Shown here: one piece after another, positions 1-7,496 of the stretch
How positions within the stretch are numbered: position 1 is the stretch's first letter
Layout of the letters: each line of letters opens with the position of its first letter
Made by a program: the position numbers and the translations under genes
The notes under the pieces: model-generated
The model's database searches: none
What the model saw: the letters and a program-made list of their open reading frames with translations, nothing else
What the model was told of the DNA's origin: nothing
DNA from: an uncultured Nitrososphaerota archaeon
Lineage (GTDB): Archaea; Korarchaeota; Korarchaeia; Korarchaeales; Korarchaeaceae
Direction of reading: 5' to 3'
Length of the DNA stretch: 32,000 nucleotides
NCBI GenBank assembly: GCA_964480775.1
Contig: CAYZRF010000012.1
Span: 28,119-60,118, forward strand

Positions 1-538
1 GTTCTTCCAACCATCTCATCATGTATGGAGCTTCCATAGTAAGCGTTCTAACCAGCTGACGGTTATTCGTAAAGTGACCTCCACCTATTACATCCAAGAA
101 ATGTCTGGTCGGTGAGTCAGGAGGTCTGTCCGCTGCTTGAACACCACCTTGGCTCATTACAGAATTTGAGTCACCTAACCTAAGCTTTGTAACAATAAGT
201 ATGTCCTCAGGTGAAACGCCATTGTAAATAGCCCACAAAGCAGCCGTCATCCCCGCGCCGCCGCCCCCAATGATAAGAATGTCTGTCTCGTAGTCAACCT
301 GTGATAGATCTATTTGTTCTGGTTGAATTAACGGATGTGCCTCAAGTAAATCTATTACTTCATGCGGAGCTATCATACCTTTGTTTGGACCGATCTTTAG
401 TGGCCTCTTTGTGCCTTCTTTGTAATCTGGATGGTATTTCTTCAATAGTTCCTCTCTTTCTTCTAAGCTAAGACGCCTAATCTCCTCTTTTAACCTTCTT
501 TCTCTTGTTTCCTCAACTAGCTCAATACTTTCTCTCAT
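1..538 (-). CDS. SdhA/FrdA-family FAD flavoprotein, N-terminal ~179 codons only (rest lies beyond the left edge)
   Basis: Not in the ORF track because it is truncated; this is my own minus-strand translation from the ATG at 538-536, with an in-frame TGA 9 codons upstream. It reads MRESIELVEE...DYETDILIIGGGGAGMTAALWAIYNG...GDSNSVMSQGGVQAADRPPDSPTRHFLDVIGGGHFTNNRQLVRTLTMEAPYMMRWLEE. The GxGxxG motif, SQGG(V/I)xAA and H(F)xDT/V-type motifs are typical of the SdhA/FrdA/NadB/AprA family. Confidence 0.75.
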   Translation of the reverse strand, partial: MRESIELVEETRERRLKEEIRRLSLEEREELLKKYHPDYKEGTKRPLKIGPNKGMIAPHEVIDLLEAHPLIQPEQIDLSQVDYETDILIIGGGGAGMTAALWAIYNGVSPEDILIVTKLRLGDSNSVMSQGGVQAADRPPDSPTRHFLDVIGGGHFTNNRQLVRTLTMEAPYMMRWLEE

Positions 539-589
539 GTATCTGGGATAACCCCTTACTAGCTCAAATCCTGACACTTGGTATCACCC

Positions 590-1309
590 CTACTCCTCTA
601 TCCTTCCTCTGTTTTCGTAGAGCCTCTTCAGCTCCTCAACGCTCATCTTCATTAACTTCTCCATTTCCTCGTCATATTTTCCACTTTCGATCTCCTTGAT
701 CCTCTCTTGCAAATGTTTTGCTTTTGGCTGAATGTATTTCCCATATATTCTCCTTGCAAGTTGAAACACGTGATAATGGTGAATTTCTGCTGGACACCTT
801 ATGGTACAAAGCCCGCATTGAATGCAATCAAAGGTAAGATTGGCGACTTCTTCAAAATCACCTCTTATTGCCGCTTGAATAGCATACATGACTTCTATAT
901 CTTGAGGACACGCCTTTGTACATGTATTACAGCTCACACACCTTGCTAGTTCTGGATAATATCCCAACAAGATGTTTGGAGTTGGTTTGATCTCGTCTAA
1001 ATCGTAGATTGCCTTATTTGCTGGTACAAAGGGAAGTTGAGTTAGATACATTCCATCCTCCACTGTGGTCTGACATGCTAGACCTGTGTAGAGCTTGTAG
1101 TCATCAATAAATCTGTAAACAGTTGAGCAGGCCCCACAAAATCCTCCTCTGCAACCACAGCCTCTTATGAACCTGTACCCAGCATATTCCATAGCCTTCA
1201 TTATCGTTAGACCAGCAGGAACAAGGTACTCTTTCCCCATTATGTAGATTCTAACCATCTTGGTCTCTTTTTCCTTCTCTACGACCTCCATACCCTTTAT
1301 TTCTGTCAT
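590..1309 (-). CDS. SdhB/FrdB-like iron-sulfur subunit (2Fe-2S-like N-domain plus two Cys4 ferredoxin motifs)
   Basis: 239 aa. Motifs: CGCRGGFCGAC...LAC, then CVSCNTCTKACP and CIQCGLCTIRCP. It lies 5 nt after the previous stop and 51 nt before the flavoprotein gene. Confidence 0.7.
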   Translation of the reverse strand: MTEIKGMEVVEKEKETKMVRIYIMGKEYLVPAGLTIMKAMEYAGYRFIRGCGCRGGFCGACSTVYRFIDDYKLYTGLACQTTVEDGMYLTQLPFVPANKAIYDLDEIKPTPNILLGYYPELARCVSCNTCTKACPQDIEVMYAIQAAIRGDFEEVANLTFDCIQCGLCTIRCPAEIHHYHVFQLARRIYGKYIQPKAKHLQERIKEIESGKYDEEMEKLMKMSVEELKRLYENRGRIEE

Positions 1310-1314
1310 GTCAT

Positions 1315-2523
1315 CTACACCTCGAGATTTCGAGCCACAACCTCAACAAGGTCAACAACATTAATATTAGTATTAAGGACTTTGGCTCCCTCAGATAAGT
1401 TCATCTTGCAAGAGGGACATGCGGTTGCGAGGACGTCAATTCCCATTTCTAATGCTTGATTGACCCTAAGCTGGGCTACCATATTGCTTATTCTTTCATT
1501 TGTCACCTTTAAGAAACCTCCGCCCCCACAACACTGGGTTTCAGAGCCCCTTTTATCGAACTCTTTCAGGGTACCTAACTTAGTAAGTATAAACCTCGGC
1601 TCTTCAACCACACCCATCTGTCTAGCAAGCTCACAAGGGTCGTGATAAGCAACTTTTCCAATTTCTCCTCTAAGACTAAGCGCTCCATCTTTCAGATATG
1701 AAGAGATAAGTTGCGTAGCATGAATTACTTCAAAGGGAAGTTGTCTGCCTAAAAGCATGGGATATACTGTTTTTAACTGTTTAAAGCATGTAGGACACGT
1801 AGTTACAACCCTTTCTGCACCTAATCTCACAATGGCTTCAACATTTCTTTCGGCATTTTCTTTTGCTGAGTTAACGTCGCCTATCATAAGCCAAGGTGCC
1901 CCGCAGCATACTTCTTCATCGCCAAGCAATGTCCAATCTTCGCCTGCAGCATTAAGTATCTGAGTCATAGAAATAGCAGAAACTCTGTTTATTCTCGTGA
2001 ATGCGGTCGTGCAACCTACGAAATAGACGGTTTTTGACCTATGATTAATCGGAACCTTTTCCATTAATTTCCCTCTTTTAACCCAGTAAAGTCTCATTTT
2101 CTTTCCCATGCCATATGGATCTCCCTTTTCCTTGAATGCAGTGATAAGAGCTTTCATGCCTTCTGGTATAAACTTGTTCTCATACATTATCCTCCTGAAC
2201 TGGTACCACAAATCGTCAGGTCTTACATCAAACCTACATTGCTCTGTGCATGCTCCGCAAAGTGTGCACTCATATACCTTTGAAATAGAACTCTTTATGA
2301 AGTACTCTTTGAGAGGTACCTGCTCTTGTAACGAACTTACAATTCCCTGGGATCTTTCCACGATCCTTCTTAAAGCCCTTCCTTTGTTCACAGGCAAATG
2401 CTTTGAGTTGCCTGTAGCCTTGAATACAGGACACTCGACGATACACTCTCCACATGCGGTGCACAGCCTTAGTCTCTCAAGTTCTTCAGGCCCTAGTTCA
2501 GCTTTCACGTGTACAAGTCTCAT
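1315..2523 (-). CDS. HdrD/GlpC-like Fe-S protein (two 4Fe-4S motifs plus two CCG domains)
   Basis: 402 aa. Ferredoxin motifs: CTACGECIVECP and CTLCGACTEQC. CCG-domain signatures: VGCTT...CCGAPW...TTCPTC and HDPCE...CCGGGG...TACPSC. It overlaps the upstream gene by 26 nt. Confidence 0.8.
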   Translation of the reverse strand: MRLVHVKAELGPEELERLRLCTACGECIVECPVFKATGNSKHLPVNKGRALRRIVERSQGIVSSLQEQVPLKEYFIKSSISKVYECTLCGACTEQCRFDVRPDDLWYQFRRIMYENKFIPEGMKALITAFKEKGDPYGMGKKMRLYWVKRGKLMEKVPINHRSKTVYFVGCTTAFTRINRVSAISMTQILNAAGEDWTLLGDEEVCCGAPWLMIGDVNSAKENAERNVEAIVRLGAERVVTTCPTCFKQLKTVYPMLLGRQLPFEVIHATQLISSYLKDGALSLRGEIGKVAYHDPCELARQMGVVEEPRFILTKLGTLKEFDKRGSETQCCGGGGFLKVTNERISNMVAQLRVNQALEMGIDVLATACPSCKMNLSEGAKVLNTNINVVDLVEVVARNLEV

Positions 2524-3625
2524 CTAGGTTCCCCCCGTACTCCTCAAGCTCCTCTTCGTAGAACTCTCTTAGAGGAGGTTTCTCTTCTGGATCTCTTCCG
2601 GGTACGTAGTCAAATAAGGCCTGATTTTCTTCTGCCAAAAGAACGAAAAACTCGCTTAGCTTGATTTGCTTGGGACACGCTTGTTGACATAAGCCGCATG
2701 TTATGCAGGACGTTGACATGTGAAGAGCCCTTCCTAGATGAAACTGAATTTTCGCTTCTGGTAGAGGAAATGTTCCTTCTTTAGGGCTCCAATTAAGGAA
2801 TCGTCTTGTAACATATTCATACCTGTCAGCGTCGAAGAAGCACTCTTCGCAGAAGCAAATGGGACATACTTCCATACAATTGTGGCAATTAATACAATCC
2901 TGAAAGAACTCATTTATCTTCTCTGGACCAGCCAGATCTTGACGAGACTTCTCAAGAAATTCTTTCCTTCTCTCCTTTCTAATGTCAATAACCTCTAGAG
3001 CCTCGTCTTCTAATTCCTGAACTGAGAAACCAAGTTTCTCCATTAAATGATATCCCTTTTCACTAGAAGTCTCTACTACAAGACCCTTTCCTCCTAAACT
3101 AATGAAACAGAGGTTAAGATCTGAATATGGAGCCTTAGGGTACATGCATATCTTACAAGCTTCCCTAAAGGCATCATCTTCTCTGCTATAGTAGCTTTTC
3201 AACAAGCTCTCCTCTGGGGACTCTCCTCCCTCAATCATGTCAATGAAGTCCAGAACGTGATAAGTTCCCAGACATTCAACCGTCATGAGCAGAAGGTTCT
3301 CTAGGGAAACCTGATCAAACTTGCTGAGTTCTATTACTGCTCTTGTCTCACATGGCTTCAGCAGTACAGCAATCTTTTCACCGCTGTAACCATTTGTAGT
3401 AATCCAAGAGGAAAGAGTTGCCATGGAGTAACCTGAGATGACAGGAGAAATTGGTACGAGCTGAGAAAGCTCCTCTTTACTCGTAAAAAGACAGGGATAA
3501 ATAAGACCTGAGTTGTTCCTCCTATACCCCAATATCCCCCTTAGAAGCCCCTTTTCCATTGCTTGCCTAAGCACGAATCTGATGGCATCTCTTGGGTCCC
3601 TTTCAGGGATGAAAACTCCTTTCAT
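2498..3625 (-). CDS. 4Fe-4S dicluster (polyferredoxin-like) subunit; AsrA/sulfhydrogenase-beta-like or FrhB/FdhB-like, family unresolved
   Basis: 375 aa. The C-terminal half carries CINCHNCMEVCPICFCEEC and CITCGLCQQACP. The N-terminal half has an FrhB-reminiscent KIAVLLKPCETRAVIEL segment. ATGA overlap with mvhD at 3622-3625. Confidence 0.55.
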   Translation of the reverse strand: MKGVFIPERDPRDAIRFVLRQAMEKGLLRGILGYRRNNSGLIYPCLFTSKEELSQLVPISPVISGYSMATLSSWITTNGYSGEKIAVLLKPCETRAVIELSKFDQVSLENLLLMTVECLGTYHVLDFIDMIEGGESPEESLLKSYYSREDDAFREACKICMYPKAPYSDLNLCFISLGGKGLVVETSSEKGYHLMEKLGFSVQELEDEALEVIDIRKERRKEFLEKSRQDLAGPEKINEFFQDCINCHNCMEVCPICFCEECFFDADRYEYVTRRFLNWSPKEGTFPLPEAKIQFHLGRALHMSTSCITCGLCQQACPKQIKLSEFFVLLAEENQALFDYVPGRDPEEKPPLREFYEEELEEYGGNLDETCTRES

Positions 3626-4041
3626 CTTTCATTCCTCTTGAGGGGATTTGGTCCTAAGGCTTTGATCTGTTCTGTAAATTCTCTAACCACTCTAGCGAAC
3701 TTCGCTCCTTCAGACGTGCTGATGAATTCAAATCTAATCCTTTCGGGCTCTAGAGAGAGAGCCTTAATCGAATTCTTGATTATAGCTATCCTTCTCCTGG
3801 CTTTCAAGTTACCATCCACGTAGTGACAATCTCCAGGATGACATGCTCCAATTAGCACCCCATCAGCTCCCTCTAGCAATGCTCTAAGGATGTAAGATGT
3901 GTCTATGAAGCCGGAGCAGTTGACCATGATGGGCCTTAAGTTGGCGGGGTATTGAAGTCTAGAGGTACCAGCAAGGTCTGCAGCCGCTGAAGCACACCAC
4001 TTGCACAAAAAACCTATTATTACCGGTTCAAAATCGCTCAT
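3622..4041 (-). CDS. mvhD: MvhD-type (methyl-viologen-reducing hydrogenase delta / FlpD) 2Fe-2S electron-transfer subunit
   Basis: 139 aa. Motifs IIGFLCKWCASAAADLAG, MVNCSG and GACHPGDCHY are the characteristic MvhD pattern. It sits immediately downstream of hdrA with a 4-nt gap. Confidence 0.85.
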   Translation of the reverse strand: MSDFEPVIIGFLCKWCASAAADLAGTSRLQYPANLRPIMVNCSGFIDTSYILRALLEGADGVLIGACHPGDCHYVDGNLKARRRIAIIKNSIKALSLEPERIRFEFISTSEGAKFARVVREFTEQIKALGPNPLKRNER

Positions 4042-4045
4042 TTGC

Positions 4046-6004
4046 TTACCTCCTTACAAGAGTTGAAATGAGATCAAACAACTGTCTCTTGTCATAATTC
4101 ACTAGTGAGATAGCTCCTGCTGTGCAAGCTGCTGTGCAAGCTCCACATCCCTCACAAAGAGCTTCATCTACCTTTGCTACTCTTTCATCAGTTAATTCAA
4201 CAGCTCCATAAGGACAAAGGGCAACGCAATTCCCACATCCAGAGCATATATCTTCATCTACTCTTGCCACTAAGGGTTCCCTCTCAACATAACCCTTTGA
4301 TAAGAACGAAATTGCTTTAGCAGCTGCACCGCTGGCTTGTGCTACCGTATCGGTAATATCTTTTGGGTATTGAGCTGCTCCTGCGATGTAAACGCCTGAT
4401 GTCAAGGTTTCTACAGGTCTCAGCTTTAAATGAGCTTCTTTGAGCCAACCTCCCTCAGAAAGTTGAATCCTTAACTTCTTGGCTAGTTCCTTAACTCCAG
4501 GGCTAGGAACAGCTGCTGTAGCTAGAACAACTAGGTCTGCATTCACCTCAACTTTCTTTCCAGTAAGTGTGTCGACTGCAACCACTTTCAGCTTGCCCTC
4601 TTCTTCGTAAACCTTCCCCACTTTACCTCTTATGTAGACAATTTTGTGTTCAGACATAGCTCTATGAATGAACTCCTCATAGCCCTTACCGTCAGCTCTT
4701 ATGTCTATGTAGAAGACATAGGCCTGCCCATCTGGAACCGCCTCCTTGTAAAGCAATGCTTGTTTGGCCGTATACATACAGCAGATCTTTGAGCAATAAG
4801 GATTCCAGTTTTCAGGGTCCCTTGATCCAACGCACTGGATGAAGGCAACTTCCTTTGGAACCTTGCCATCAGATGGTCTAATCACCCGACCCCGAGTAGG
4901 ACCGCTCGGCGCAAGTAATCTTTCAAATTGCAGGCCAGTAATAACGTCCTTATACTTTCCATGGCCATACTCAGCGAAATTGGAGGCATCCATGACCTCA
5001 AGCCCCGTGGCTACTATGATAGCTCCTACCTCTAACTCCTCAAAACTCTCATTGTTTTCGAAACTTATAGCCCCAGCAGGGCACTCCTTTGCACAAAGAC
5101 CACAACCTCTACCATACTTTAATCTTAGACAGATTATCGGGTCTATGACTGCCTTGTTGGGTACTGCTTGAGGAAAGGGTATGTATATCGCTTTCCTGTT
5201 TGCGATCCCAGCCTCGTATTCTGATGATACCTCAACAGGGCATACTTGCATACATGAGCCGCATCCCACGCATTTATCCCAATTGACGTATGTTGCCTTC
5301 CTCCTCACCTTTACCTTGAAGTTTCCTGCAGAACCAGTAGCATCCTCAATCTCTGAATAGGTCAGCAACGTGACATTGGGGTGGTGGGCTAATTCAGTCA
5401 TTTTAGGGGTGAGAATGCATTGAGGACAGTCAAGGGTAGGGAATGTCTCTGAAAGCTGGGCCATCTTTCCTCCTATGCTAGGATCTTTCTCAACAAGGTA
5501 CACCTTAAGTCCAGCTTCTGCAATGTCCAAAGCAGCTTGTATGCCCGCAATACCCCCGCCTATGACTAAAACTGACTTCTTAACGGGGATTTTTATTGGT
5601 TGAAGAGCTACATCCGACCTAAGCTTAGCAACAGCGGCTTCCACCATCTTTATTGCCTTCTCCGTAGCCTTTTCCTTATCACCCCTGTGAGGCCATGCAA
5701 CCCACTCTCTTATGTTGGCAACCTCCACCAGATAAGGATTAAGGCCAGTATTCTTTGCAATATTTTGCCAGGTTTCCTTGTGAAGGAAAGGAGAGCATGC
5801 GGCTACAACTATTCCATCCAAGTTTTTCTCCTGAATTGCTCTCCTAATAAGTTCCTGCCCAGGATCAGAGCACATGAAAACATAATCCTCTGCGTACACA
5901 ACCCCAGCTAACTTAGCTGCCTCGTCTCTGACTTTCTCAACGTCGACGCTTCCGGCTATGTTCTGTCCACAGTGACAAACAAAGACTCCTATTCGTTCAG
6001 GCAT
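4046..6004 (-). CDS. hdrA: Heterodisulfide reductase subunit A (FAD, multiple 4Fe-4S)
   Basis: 652 aa. N-terminal GVFVCHCGQNIAG, FAD motif VIGGGIAGIQAALDIAEAG, CVGCGSCMQVCP, and C-terminal CSGCGNCVALCP and CEGCGACTAAC. Zero-nt gap to hdrB. Confidence 0.9.
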   Translation of the reverse strand: MPERIGVFVCHCGQNIAGSVDVEKVRDEAAKLAGVVYAEDYVFMCSDPGQELIRRAIQEKNLDGIVVAACSPFLHKETWQNIAKNTGLNPYLVEVANIREWVAWPHRGDKEKATEKAIKMVEAAVAKLRSDVALQPIKIPVKKSVLVIGGGIAGIQAALDIAEAGLKVYLVEKDPSIGGKMAQLSETFPTLDCPQCILTPKMTELAHHPNVTLLTYSEIEDATGSAGNFKVKVRRKATYVNWDKCVGCGSCMQVCPVEVSSEYEAGIANRKAIYIPFPQAVPNKAVIDPIICLRLKYGRGCGLCAKECPAGAISFENNESFEELEVGAIIVATGLEVMDASNFAEYGHGKYKDVITGLQFERLLAPSGPTRGRVIRPSDGKVPKEVAFIQCVGSRDPENWNPYCSKICCMYTAKQALLYKEAVPDGQAYVFYIDIRADGKGYEEFIHRAMSEHKIVYIRGKVGKVYEEEGKLKVVAVDTLTGKKVEVNADLVVLATAAVPSPGVKELAKKLRIQLSEGGWLKEAHLKLRPVETLTSGVYIAGAAQYPKDITDTVAQASGAAAKAISFLSKGYVEREPLVARVDEDICSGCGNCVALCPYGAVELTDERVAKVDEALCEGCGACTAACTAGAISLVNYDKRQLFDLISTLVRR

Positions 6005-6895
6005 CTAAGAGCCTCCCAACAACCCTTTCTCCTTAAGAACAGGTCTTGGGTCTACATAATGACTCTCAAAACCTAAGCTATCCTCAAGTCCAAATGCAAG
6101 GGCCATCAATTGAGTAAAATAAACGATCGGAACTTGTTTTATCTCAGGATGAAGCTTCTTGGCCTCCTTCTGCCTGTTGTCCAAGTTAAAGAAGCACAAA
6201 GGACAAGACGTTACCAATAACTCTGCTCCCCTTTCAACAGAGGCCGTTATAATTCTGTAGGCGTTATCAGCTACAACTTCCTTCCTGTCTATTGTTAGAT
6301 AGGACCCGCAACACGTGGCTCTCTCTGGAGTTCCAATTACATCAGCGCCAAGAGCTGACAGCAAATCCTCTAAAATCCTTGGATCTCTTGGATCGTCTAT
6401 TGCAACCCCCTTTGGTCTAATGAGAAGACAACCATAGTAAGGAGAGACCCTTAAACCTTTCAAAGGTCTAACAACCTTCTCTTTAATTGTCTCAAAACCA
6501 ATAATATCTTTTAGAACCTGTAAAAGATGAAGTACCTCGACACTTCCGTCATAATCTGGTTCATCGTCCATGAAGGAATTCAGTTTCTCCATCTTCTCTT
6601 TGTCAGCTCTGACGAGAAGGTTAGCCCTTGCGAGGGTATTGTAACACATTGCACATAGAGTCACAAGCTCATTTCTCCCCTTCTCCATTACCCTGATAAG
6701 AACTCTAATTGGGGCAACCTGCTTCATCAGATCATCTGTTGCAAGGGAGTATACGGTTCCACAGCAATTCCACTTATCAAGCTCATCCAACTCTATCCCA
6801 AGATACGCACACGCCTCTATAGCGGAGATCTCGAAGTTATTAGCCTGAGCCTTCAATGTGCAACCAGGATAGTATGGAAACTTCATGGAGATCAC
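6005..6895 (-). CDS. hdrB: Heterodisulfide reductase subunit B (two CCG domains)
   Basis: 296 aa. Motifs YYPGCTL...WNCCGT...LCAMC and YYGCLL...ATCCGS...TSCPLC. The start may instead be Met4 at 6886. Confidence 0.85.
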   Translation of the reverse strand: MISMKFPYYPGCTLKAQANNFEISAIEACAYLGIELDELDKWNCCGTVYSLATDDLMKQVAPIRVLIRVMEKGRNELVTLCAMCYNTLARANLLVRADKEKMEKLNSFMDDEPDYDGSVEVLHLLQVLKDIIGFETIKEKVVRPLKGLRVSPYYGCLLIRPKGVAIDDPRDPRILEDLLSALGADVIGTPERATCCGSYLTIDRKEVVADNAYRIITASVERGAELLVTSCPLCFFNLDNRQKEAKKLHPEIKQVPIVYFTQLMALAFGLEDSLGFESHYVDPRPVLKEKGLLGGS

Positions 6896-6900
6896 TTAAC

Positions 6901-7305
6901 CTAAGTAGTAAACTTCCTTGCGCCACTAACAAGTGCTATAGGTGGCAGTTCCTCTAAATCCTCTGTAGATATCTTATTTAGGTCAAGATGATCAATGTTT
7001 AGCCTTAACTGCATTAACCTTAACGCTTCGGCAAGACTAGCTATGTCTATACCTTTTGGACACTCTACACCACATGAAAAACAGGAAGAACAAATCCAAA
7101 TGGTCTTGGATCTGAGAACTTCTTCTCTGCCAAATTGTACCATTCTGACAAGCTGATTTGGAAGCAAATCCATCCTCTCCATCGAGGGACAAAGTGCAGA
7201 GCACTTTCCACACTGATAGCATGCGAAAACATCTTGCCCACTTAACTCTAAAATCCGCCTTACAAATTGTCCTTGAATATCTTCTCTGGAGAGTAGGAAA
7301 TTCAT
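6901..7305 (-). CDS. hdrC: Heterodisulfide reductase subunit C (2x 4Fe-4S)
   Basis: The track ORF runs to 7443, but HdrC-like sequence begins at the internal Met at 7305 (MNFLLSREDIQGQ...CYQCGKCSALCP...CSSCFSCGVECP). The upstream 46 codons look like translated intergenic sequence. Confidence 0.8.
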   Translation of the reverse strand: MNFLLSREDIQGQFVRRILELSGQDVFACYQCGKCSALCPSMERMDLLPNQLVRMVQFGREEVLRSKTIWICSSCFSCGVECPKGIDIASLAEALRLMQLRLNIDHLDLNKISTEDLEELPPIALVSGARKFTT

Positions 7306-7496
7306 ATCGATAGGCTTTCCTTCAACAAGGTAAAAAACTTTAATTACGATGGAATTGGTACGAATAGAAAAGTTGTGGGCTGAGACGCTAAATATTGTTG
7401 CTAACAGCCCCCATTGTATGGAACGAGTCGAGTCTATAGACAATTGTAATTTTTAGTTCCCATCTATCTGGAAGAAGAGATTAACTCTGGACTAAA

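Noticed and set aside
505-949. Plus-strand ORFs 505-699 and 707-949
   Set aside because: They are antisense to the SdhA-like start and the SdhB-like gene. The minus-strand frames have Fe-S and FAD motifs; these do not.
2108-2527. 139-aa plus-strand ORF. Similar antisense ORFs: 1460-1645, 1757-1963, 4839-5171, 5600-5911, 10570-10872, 15176-15571 and 16301-16729
   Set aside because: All lie wholly inside strongly motif-supported genes on the other strand and have Ser/Leu/Phe-rich shadow-frame composition.
7306-7443. 46-codon N-terminal extension of the hdrC ORF (MSIDSTRSIQWGLL...)
   Set aside because: HdrC homology and normal HdrC length begin at the Met at 7305. The extension looks like translated promoter region, is AT-rich, and contains the 10-bp palindrome GTCTATAGAC.
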